NCBI GenBank assembly: GCA_041658425.1
Contig: JBBAAF010000004.1
Location: 3,171-67,170, forward strand
Length of the DNA: 64,000 bases
Direction of reading: 5' to 3'
From: Bacteroidales bacterium
Lineage (GTDB): Bacteria > Bacteroidota > Bacteroidia > Bacteroidales > UBA12481
Position numbers and translations under genes: made by a program. Each line of letters begins with the position of its first letter. Positions within the stretch are counted from its first letter, which is position 1. Below, one piece after another: positions 57,183 to 64,000 of this stretch. The notes under the pieces were generated by a model. That model saw only the letters and a list, made by a program, of their open reading frames with translations. It did not search any database and was not told the DNA's origin.

Positions 57183-57809
57183 ATGAACTTACCCGAGAAG
57201 ACGGTCGAAAGACTTAGCGAATACAGGAGAACCTTGCTGGTTTGCCTGAACCAGGGGAAGAGCCATATTTTTTCCCATGAGCTTGCAGCACTTATGCATA
57301 ATACTGCTGTTCAGGTCCGTCGTGATATGATGCTGATGGATTTTACGAGTATGCAGCGTAAGGGATATGCGATCAAAGAGCTTATTGATGCAATCGGTGA
57401 ATTGATTGACACAGCCGAAGGATTGAATGTTGCCGTGGTTGGTGCCGGTAATCTCGGCCGGGCTATAACCGGATATTTCCGTGGTAAGCGATCGAAGTTG
57501 AATATTGTGGCTACATTTGACATTGATCCTGAAAAGATTGGGCGCATGATTGCAGGAGTTAAGTGCTATTCCCTGGATGATTTTCAGAAACTTGTCAATG
57601 AACTGCAGATATCCATTGCAATACTCACAGTGCCGCCCGAGCATTCACGCAATACTGCTGATTTTATAGCTGCTAATGGAATAAAAGGCATTCTTAATTT
57701 TACTACGGTTCCGCTGAACATGCCCCCGCATGTCTATCTCGAGGAATATGATATGATAACTTCGTTGGAGAAAATCGCTTATTTTGTAAAACATCATCAG
57801 GGATGGTAA
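57183..57809 (+). CDS. rex: Redox-sensing transcriptional repressor Rex
   Basis: 208 aa from ATG 57183. It has an N-terminal winged helix (TVERLSEYRRTL...SHELAALMHNTAVQVRRD) and a Rossmann motif VAVVGAGNLGRA. Confidence 0.85.
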   Translation: MNLPEKTVERLSEYRRTLLVCLNQGKSHIFSHELAALMHNTAVQVRRDMMLMDFTSMQRKGYAIKELIDAIGELIDTAEGLNVAVVGAGNLGRAITGYFRGKRSKLNIVATFDIDPEKIGRMIAGVKCYSLDDFQKLVNELQISIAILTVPPEHSRNTADFIAANGIKGILNFTTVPLNMPPHVYLEEYDMITSLEKIAYFVKHHQGW

Positions 57810-58489
57810 ATTTCCCTGACTGCTGACTTTACCTCTTCGGATGATCCTTCTGAAGTGCTTACAGATCTGATGATTTGCAGCGGATTATGGTTTAGAAAGA
57901 TAATCTCCTGACCTAGCTTAACCGCTTCATCGATATCATGTGTCACAAAAATGACCGTTCGGCCGTCTTCCTTCCATATTTTCAGAAATGAATCCAGGAT
58001 ATTGTATTTCAGGGTATTGTCGAGATTCTGGAAGGCTTCATCCATCAGAATAAGGCTGCCTGGGAAGGCAAATGCACGGGCAATTGACACCCGCTGTTTC
58101 ATGCCGCCGCTTAATTGGTACGGATAAAAAGCTTCCTCATTTTCAAGGCCGACCAGGCGGATAAATTTCCTGGCGGTTTCAATGGCCTTGCTGCGAGGTA
58201 TTTTGTCAATCAAGGGGAAAAGAACATTGACAAGAACTGTTTTCCACGGCAAAAGGCGGGTTTCCTGGAAGATGAACGAAATATTTTCTTCCGGAAAACC
58301 ACTGACGGATCCGGAATCCGCCCGGGTGATCCCTCCCATAAGATTAAGCAGAGTCGTTTTACCGCAGCCAGATGGGCCGAACAGACAGGTAATAGAGCCG
58401 GGTTTGAATTCCAGGGAGAATTGATCCAGGATGACCCGATCGTTGTAAGATTTTGCAATATTTTCGAGTTTCAGGCTCATTTTTTCCAT
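57797..58489 (-). CDS. ABC transporter ATP-binding protein (NitT/TauT family)
   Basis: Walker A GPSGCGKTT, signature LSGGMKQR, Walker B LILMDEAF; 230 aa. Confidence 0.85.
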   Translation of the reverse strand: MEKMSLKLENIAKSYNDRVILDQFSLEFKPGSITCLFGPSGCGKTTLLNLMGGITRADSGSVSGFPEENISFIFQETRLLPWKTVLVNVLFPLIDKIPRSKAIETARKFIRLVGLENEEAFYPYQLSGGMKQRVSIARAFAFPGSLILMDEAFQNLDNTLKYNILDSFLKIWKEDGRTVIFVTHDIDEAVKLGQEIIFLNHNPLQIIRSVSTSEGSSEEVKSAVREIYHP

Positions 58490-59232
58490 CTTATCGAACG
58501 CTCTTCAACTAACCGGATAATCCATTCAAAAATGGCACTGACGAGAATAGCAATCACCGTCCATGCTATTACCTCCGAAACAAGCAGGTAACTTTGGGCA
58601 TCCTGCATCATTGCACCGATCCCGTACCGCGGTTGGCTGAGGACTTCGCCGATGATCACTGCCCTCCATCCGAAGCCGATAGCGGTGGACATCCCGCTGT
58701 AAAGATAGGGTAGGATCGAAGGCCAATAAATGTCTGTCAAAATCCTCCTCTTTTTAACATGGTACAGATTGGCCATCTGGATAAAGGACGTGTCAGTTTC
58801 ACGGATTCCCTGACTGATATTGATAGCCAGGATAGGGAACATGGTGAGAAATCCGATAAAGACCGGAACCTGTTCAGCCTTAAACCAGATGAGAGCCAGT
58901 AAGATGATCGCTACTACCGGGGTTGAACGCAAGGTAATTAAAACTGGTTTGAATCCGGCTTCGATTCCGGAATTTAACCCGGCGGGGATCCCGATGAGGA
59001 TGGCTCCGGTAAAGGCGAAAAGGAACCCGATAAGCCCGCGGAAAAGTGTAGATCCTAAAGCTGAAAGGAAATCAGGCTTCCCGGCAATGCTGATCAACGA
59101 GGTTACGGTATCGCCGGGACCAGGCAGGATTTGCCGTGAGTTGAACGATCTGGATAGCCATTCCCACCCGATTATCAGGAGCACAATGACACACAGGCTA
59201 ATAATCCGGTTTCTGACAGATGAATTGTTCAT
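58477..59232 (-). CDS. ABC transporter permease (NitT/TauT family)
   Basis: Six TM segments and a BPD_transp_1-like core. The start is taken at ATG 59232 (MNNSSVRNRIISLCVIVLL). Confidence 0.75.
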   Translation of the reverse strand: MNNSSVRNRIISLCVIVLLIIGWEWLSRSFNSRQILPGPGDTVTSLISIAGKPDFLSALGSTLFRGLIGFLFAFTGAILIGIPAGLNSGIEAGFKPVLITLRSTPVVAIILLALIWFKAEQVPVFIGFLTMFPILAINISQGIRETDTSFIQMANLYHVKKRRILTDIYWPSILPYLYSGMSTAIGFGWRAVIIGEVLSQPRYGIGAMMQDAQSYLLVSEVIAWTVIAILVSAIFEWIIRLVEERSIRWKK

Positions 59233-60172
59233 CGGGTAATTTGCCGCCAACGGCGTTCGGATTAAAAGTAAAAAAAACTTGAAGGTACTGTCCAATTTCG
59301 GGCCTTATTTCAGAAGCATACCTGAATTTCAGGTTGCATCCGGGGATCGAGTTTACGGCTATTGCAGGATCCGGCAGGATTTTATGGAAAACAATCCTTC
59401 CGGCAGCCTGTTCCGGATGTAAATTAACCTGGTCAATCGAACGGTTCCAGGCTTCACAGATTTTTCTGATCCAATCCGGATGATCGCGGATGAAGTCCTT
59501 CCTTCCCATCAGGGCAGTTTGGGGCATCGCGGGATTTCCGGGAAAGGCTTTTGCCCATTCAGTATTCAGATCCATTATTTGAAGGATCAAAGGATTCCGG
59601 GCCCGGGCCAGACTGATCAGTGGCTCCGAAATTACGGCGAGTTCGGCCTGACCTGCACTGACCGCATTTGCGAGATCGATATGTGTCGGAAAGGAGTAAT
59701 CCAGTATAACATCCTGGTCTGGTTTAAATCCATGAATTTTAAGCAGATAGCGAAAAAGAATATCGGGAGTGGTTCCTTTGCCCATCAGGAAAATTCTCTT
59801 GTTTTTAAGAGACTGCCAGCCGTTTATGCTGGTGTCGGACCCAAAAAGGTAAAGTGTACCCCAAACGGGAATTGCAATAACCTGATAAGGAACCCCTTTG
59901 TTGTAGAGAATAGCCCCCATGTTGAGAGGAAGCACGGCCAGTTCCGGCTTGTCTTTTAGTATTCTGGCCCTTACCAGCATAGGCTCATCAAGGATTTCGA
60001 TATCCAATTTCTCCGGAATGACCTGATCCGGGCTGTCGATCAGGTAAATCATACCCATTGCAGAGGGGCCTTTCAGAGTCAGGAGCGACACACTCTCCTC
60101 CTTTACCTGTCCGGAATGGCAACCGGTAAGGATCAGCACCAGAACCAGACAAACAGCGGGTAATCTTTGCAT
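59198..60172 (-). CDS. ABC transporter substrate-binding lipoprotein (NMT1/THI5-like, SsuA/TauA-type)
   Basis: The start at ATG 60172 gives MQRLPAVCLVLVLILTGC (lipobox). Size is that of a periplasmic-binding fold; substrate is not assignable. Confidence 0.6.
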   Translation of the reverse strand: MQRLPAVCLVLVLILTGCHSGQVKEESVSLLTLKGPSAMGMIYLIDSPDQVIPEKLDIEILDEPMLVRARILKDKPELAVLPLNMGAILYNKGVPYQVIAIPVWGTLYLFGSDTSINGWQSLKNKRIFLMGKGTTPDILFRYLLKIHGFKPDQDVILDYSFPTHIDLANAVSAGQAELAVISEPLISLARARNPLILQIMDLNTEWAKAFPGNPAMPQTALMGRKDFIRDHPDWIRKICEAWNRSIDQVNLHPEQAAGRIVFHKILPDPAIAVNSIPGCNLKFRYASEIRPEIGQYLQVFFTFNPNAVGGKLPDEQFICQKPDY

Positions 60173-60188
60173 ACTATTCCGAAAAAAA

Positions 60189-62723
60189 TCAGATTTTCTG
60201 CACCCGGATTGCACTGATTGATTTGTTGGTAACCAGGCGGATCAAATAAATTCCGGGTACCACCGGATTCTGGTTTTCATCATCGCCCGCCCAGGTAAAC
60301 CGGTTTTCGCCCACAGTAAAGGAACCCTGGTGAAGTACTTTAACCTGTTTGCCCGACATATCATAAGCCGACAGTTCTCCGGTCATGTTCTGATGAAAAC
60401 TAAACGTTACCTGCAATTGTATACTGAATGGGTTTGGATAGGCTTTAATATCTATCTGACTATAAGCTATTGGATTAGTGCCTTCAGCTGCCGGAAGTGG
60501 GATTGTGAACATCGACCTGCCAAAAGTGGCAGCAGTAAGCATGCGGGTAGGCGCATGAAGATAGAGGTCAAGGACCGGAACTTTTGGTAATCCGGTTCCA
60601 TAGATCTCCCAGGTTAAGCCTTCGTTTTGGGTTATAAACACTCCTCCATCGGTACCAATATACCAGGTGCCTTTACGAACCGGATCCACGACGATGCTGT
60701 TTACCGGAAAATCCGGAAGGTTCCCCGAGATGTCTTCCCAGGTCTGACCGTTATTGGTTGTCCGATAAACGTGCGGCAGGTAGGAATCCCAGCGGTATCC
60801 TGAAATTGTGACGAATGCCACTGCTATGTCGAAAGGACTGGTCTGAACACAGGTGATCCACCGGTCAGGGAGGTTGGCTGAGATGTTAGTCCAGGTGGTA
60901 GCACCATTTAAGGTATTCCAGACGTTTCCATCATCTGTTCCAACATAGATTATATTGGCATCCAGGGGGGATACTGAGATGGTTGTGAGGGTTCCATAAT
61001 TGACATTAACACCCGGACCATTGGTCAGATCGCTGGATACCGGCCGCCAGGACTGCGCACGGTTGGTTGATTTGTACAAACGGTGTGATCCAAAATAAAG
61101 AATCGAGGGATTTTGCGGATCCAGTTCGAGCGGACTTTTCCAGTTCATGCGGTCGCCACCGCTGATTCCCTGAGTGCCACCCAGGAAACTGGATGCGCCA
61201 TCAATCGACCGTCCTAATCCGCCATATTGATACTGGGCATATACATAATTATTATCGGTGGGATCTACCTTGACCACAAAACCATCACCGCCATAAATCG
61301 ATTGCCAGCGGTTTATCATCCCGTTAGTCACTCTGATGGTCCCGTTATCCTGGGTTCCGCCGTAATACCGATCCGGATTCATGTAATCCACCTCGCAGGT
61401 ATAAAATTGGGTAATCGGCAGATTTTCAATATGAAACGAAGTGGTTCCCGCGGATTTGGAAACATATAGCCCTCCATCGCTGCACAGCAATGACAGGGCA
61501 TTATCCTTTGGATGAACAAACACACCATGCATATCAACATGTGCTGAGCTGAAAGTATTTGCCCAGGAAGTGCCTCCATTTGTAGTTTTATAAGCCTGGA
61601 GGCCAGAAACATAAGCGATGTTCGGATTAATCGGATCGACATCTATTTCACTGAACCACCACCAATAGTATGTATTTTCACCTAATTCAGCGGTCCTTGA
61701 CCAGGTATCTCCACCGTTAATGGTTTTGTATATCCCTTCCAGGTATCCGGTTGAATCTGTGTATGTTGCGTATAATACTGATGGATTTGAATCTGAAATA
61801 TCGATTCCGATACGGCCAACATCACCTTTCGGCAAACCATTCAGGAGTTCCGACCAGGTATCCCCACCGTCGGCCGACCGCCACAGGCCGCTGGTTTTAC
61901 CGCCGTAGCTCCGATAGGGTGGGCGCCGGGTTCTTTCCCACATAGCTGCATACAGGATTTTACTGTTTTGCTGATTGATACAGAGATCTGAGGCTCCGGT
62001 TGAATCGGTCAGGTAGAGAATCTTTTCCCATGTAGTCCCTCCATCTTTTGTTCGAAAGATTCCCCGTTCTGCATTATAGGAGAAAAGATGACCCATGGCT
62101 GCCACATAAACCGTATCAGGATTCAGTGGGTCAATTTTAACCCGGGCGATACTCCCTGCGGAAGTTAGTCCTCTTTGTGTCCAGCTAGCTCCAGCATCGC
62201 TGGATTTATATATGCCGTAACCTTCATAAGTATGCGAACCTCCGCCGGCATTGGGTTCACCAGTTCCGACAAAAAGTACATCCGGATTGGTTTTTGAAAT
62301 ATCCATGTCTCCAATGGACAGTGCTACAGCATTATCGAATATTGGTGTCCAGTTTGTCCCAAGGTTTGTCGATTTAAAGATGCCTCCCGATGCAGATCCG
62401 AGGTAGATGGTGTTTTTATCATTTGCCGGCATCTCAATATCGGTGATGCGCCCGCCAATATTTACGGGTCCCACAAGTGCCCAACTCTCCTGACCCGATT
62501 TTAATCCATTTTTTTCCATGGCCAGGATTTGTTCCATCGCTTTGTAATACAGGTCGGAACGGAGTTCGGTAAATGGATAGGCACGTTGACGGTAAAACCA
62601 ATCGTTTGGAAACTTGCCAGCCTCTTCATTTTCAATTTTATTATTCTTTTGGCAGCCTGCAAGAAAAATAGTCGCTGCTGCCACCAGAATGATACTCAGC
62701 CGGAAAAACGAAGTTTTTTTCAT
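60189..62723 (-). CDS. BNR/Asp-box repeat double-propeller protein (sortilin/VPS10- or GH74-like) with T9SS C-terminal sorting domain
   Basis: Lipoprotein-type signal (FLAGC). At least 9 Asp-box-like S/T-x-D/N-x-G-x-T/S-W motifs (SDAGASW, TKDGGTTW, SADGGDTW, TINGGDTW, TTNGGTSW, TNNGQTW ...). C-terminal YPNPF...GIYLIRLVTNKSISAIRVQKI. Confidence 0.75.
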   Translation of the reverse strand: MKKTSFFRLSIILVAAATIFLAGCQKNNKIENEEAGKFPNDWFYRQRAYPFTELRSDLYYKAMEQILAMEKNGLKSGQESWALVGPVNIGGRITDIEMPANDKNTIYLGSASGGIFKSTNLGTNWTPIFDNAVALSIGDMDISKTNPDVLFVGTGEPNAGGGSHTYEGYGIYKSSDAGASWTQRGLTSAGSIARVKIDPLNPDTVYVAAMGHLFSYNAERGIFRTKDGGTTWEKILYLTDSTGASDLCINQQNSKILYAAMWERTRRPPYRSYGGKTSGLWRSADGGDTWSELLNGLPKGDVGRIGIDISDSNPSVLYATYTDSTGYLEGIYKTINGGDTWSRTAELGENTYYWWWFSEIDVDPINPNIAYVSGLQAYKTTNGGTSWANTFSSAHVDMHGVFVHPKDNALSLLCSDGGLYVSKSAGTTSFHIENLPITQFYTCEVDYMNPDRYYGGTQDNGTIRVTNGMINRWQSIYGGDGFVVKVDPTDNNYVYAQYQYGGLGRSIDGASSFLGGTQGISGGDRMNWKSPLELDPQNPSILYFGSHRLYKSTNRAQSWRPVSSDLTNGPGVNVNYGTLTTISVSPLDANIIYVGTDDGNVWNTLNGATTWTNISANLPDRWITCVQTSPFDIAVAFVTISGYRWDSYLPHVYRTTNNGQTWEDISGNLPDFPVNSIVVDPVRKGTWYIGTDGGVFITQNEGLTWEIYGTGLPKVPVLDLYLHAPTRMLTAATFGRSMFTIPLPAAEGTNPIAYSQIDIKAYPNPFSIQLQVTFSFHQNMTGELSAYDMSGKQVKVLHQGSFTVGENRFTWAGDDENQNPVVPGIYLIRLVTNKSISAIRVQKI

Positions 62724-62959
62724 AAAACGGATTTATTACGGCTACAAAAGTAAGCCATTCCGTGTTAGGTTCATGAAAAATCAACCACAATAGGCACATT
62801 AGATCACATTAGTATTAGATCAAACCGAAGATACCAATCAAGGTAAAGACCTCTGAATATAAGAGGGACAGCTATTGAACCTCTATTGTTAACTATTGTG
62901 CCTAGTGTGGTGAATTGGTTTTTGATTGAATCGGAGTTGTCTTTTTGAAAAAAAATCTA

Positions 62960-62967
62960 TATCTTTG
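62960..62967 (+). promoter_or_regulatory. Candidate -7 promoter box TATCTTTG
   Basis: Exact TAnnTTTG match, 82 nt upstream of ATG 63049; it overlaps the palindrome at 62965-62982. Confidence 0.4.
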
Positions 62968-62982
62968 TTATCGAAATAACAA
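62965..62982. promoter_or_regulatory. Perfect 7-4-7 palindrome TTGTTAT-CGAA-ATAACAA, Rex-box-like candidate operator
   Basis: Arms are exact reverse complements. It has the 18-nt length and TTGTTA/TAACAA ends of the clostridial-type Rex consensus TTGTTAANNNNTTAACAA. Confidence 0.4.
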
Positions 62983-63048
62983 TGATCTGAGTGGAAGTTT
63001 TTTCGACCACAAGGATATAAATATCAATCTGATCCGGAGGATATACTA

Positions 63049-63315
63049 ATGGAAAAGAGAATCGGAAGTGTTTTAATCCTGCTGCAGGAAAAAGAAGCAG
63101 CCCCGCAGGTAAACGCAATTATCTCCAGTCATTCTTCCATTATTATCGGCCGTCAGGGCTTGCCGATTAAAAATTCCATCTCTGGAATTATTTCATTGGT
63201 CCTTGAAGGTACAACGGATCAGATCGGTTCTTTAACCGGGCAACTTGGCCGCGTTAAAGGGGTTGAAGTAAAATCGGTTGTACTTAAAATCAAGGATAAT
63301 TATGAAAAAGATTAA
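63049..63315 (+). CDS. TM1266-type ACT/NikR-C-like protein (family annotated as putative iron-only hydrogenase system regulator)
   Basis: 88 aa; RIGSVLILLQEKEAAPQVNAIISSHSSIIIGRQGLPIKNSISGIISLVLEGTTDQIGSLTGQLGRVKGVEVKSV follows the TM1266 family pattern as I recall it. It has no DNA-binding domain. Confidence 0.6.
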   Translation: MEKRIGSVLILLQEKEAAPQVNAIISSHSSIIIGRQGLPIKNSISGIISLVLEGTTDQIGSLTGQLGRVKGVEVKSVVLKIKDNYEKD

Positions 63316-64000
63316 ACTCTTATTTGTGTTGCTGTCTGTCGTGGCAGCTTCAGCAGCCGGTCAAAATCTGAGCATTTCCGGGAAGATTACTGATACCGGA
63401 ACAGGTCAGGGTTTGGCCTATGTGTATATCCAGGTAAAAAATAATTCAACTCTTAGTGTTTTCAGCGGATTAACTGATCAAGACGGGGATTTTATCCTTA
63501 AAAACCTGGCTGCAGGAAATTATCTTTTATCCGTCAGCAGCCTGGGCTATTATCCGATAACCAGGGAAGTCCGGGTTGGTGATGCCAGTCAGGGCGCCGT
63601 TACGATTGAGCTTAAGCCTGCCCTGATCCCGCTGGGTGAAGTCCAGGTATCGAGTTTGCGATACAATAAGCTGGAAAGGGATGTGGCCCTGCCAGTTACC
63701 GTTGTACCGCGTGAATATTTTCCGCGCCAGTCATCTATTACACTTTCCGATGTATTATCCCGTGAGCCCGGCATCTCCCTGTTTCGCGACGGAGGCTGGA
63801 GCACATCCATCAATATACGGGGCCTGGGTGAGAACCGGATGGTAAGCCTGGTGGATGGAAACCGTATTGAAACGGCATCAGACCTGGTGGCTGGATTATC
63901 TATGTTCGATGTGAATGAGGTCGAACGGGTTGAAATCATCAAAGGGGCCGCATCGTCGATTTATGGCACCGGTGCACTGGGTGGGGTAGTCAACATACTG
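63302..64000 (+). CDS. TonB-dependent receptor (N-terminal carboxypeptidase-regulatory-like domain plus plug), 3' end outside the window
   Basis: Hand translation from ATG 63302: MKKIKLLFVLLSVVAASAAGQNLSISGKITD...GNYLLSVSSLGY...ITLSDVLSREPGISL...IRGLGENRMVSLVDGNRIE...VERVEIIKGAASSIYGTGALGGVVNIL. It is open to the window end and is not in the ORF track because there is no stop. Confidence 0.85.
   Translation, partial: MKKIKLLFVLLSVVAASAAGQNLSISGKITDTGTGQGLAYVYIQVKNNSTLSVFSGLTDQDGDFILKNLAAGNYLLSVSSLGYYPITREVRVGDASQGAVTIELKPALIPLGEVQVSSLRYNKLERDVALPVTVVPREYFPRQSSITLSDVLSREPGISLFRDGGWSTSINIRGLGENRMVSLVDGNRIETASDLVAGLSMFDVNEVERVEIIKGAASSIYGTGALGGVVNIL

Noticed and set aside
62983-63048. Cobalamin or other riboswitch in the leader of the TM1266-like/TonB-receptor pair
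   Set aside because: There is no B12-box-like core (GCCACTG) or extended conserved stem architecture, and the leader is short and AT-rich.

Overview
This window looks like a largely core chromosomal segment of an anaerobic Bacteroidota genome. The phylum call rests on T9SS C-terminal sorting domains, a PorT-like gene, TAnnTTTG -7 promoter boxes, no obvious Shine-Dalgarno use, and the order rpsU-xerC-hpf-tRNA(Thr-Tyr-Gly-Thr)-tuf-tRNA(Trp)-secE-nusG-rplKAJL-rpoBC-DUF3467.

Gene content from left to right:
- a TOBE-domain gene end and a lipoprotein;
- an RND permease / adaptor / RND permease efflux cluster;
- a minus-strand four-gene cassette of two paralogous Cys-rich secreted proteins, a CxxC thioredoxin-fold protein and a 6-bladed beta-propeller lipoprotein;
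- a molybdenum-cofactor operon (moeA-moaA-moaC-mog);
- housekeeping genes (nitroreductase, Omp85-type proteins, SDR, ubiE/menG, porT-like, FAD oxidoreductase, TrmH, fba, comEA);
- the translation/transcription core block;
- etfBA plus a long acyl-CoA dehydrogenase, then DUF2520-kdsC-UbiA-maf;
- an S46 dipeptidyl peptidase and a GAF histidine kinase;
- a NuoE-like/NuoF-like/HydA [FeFe]-hydrogenase operon followed by rex;
- a NitT/TauT-type ABC importer and a large BNR/Asp-box T9SS cargo protein;
- a TM1266-type ACT-like regulator overlapping a TonB-dependent receptor that runs off the window.

I saw no CRISPR array, transposase, phage gene or recognisable defence system.

Observations most worth follow-up:
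- the Cys-rich/thioredoxin/propeller cassette;
- HydA carrying TSCSPGW instead of the canonical TSCCPxW H-cluster motif, next to a minimal NuoF-like subunit;
- a perfect Rex-like palindrome overlapping the promoter of the TM1266-like/TonB-receptor pair;
- three families of intergenic repeats: stop-codon-containing heptamer arrays, a GC-rich cloverleaf-like element, and GACGCATAATTGCGTC palindromes.

All functional calls come from reading the translated ORFs and recalling family motifs. No database search was run.
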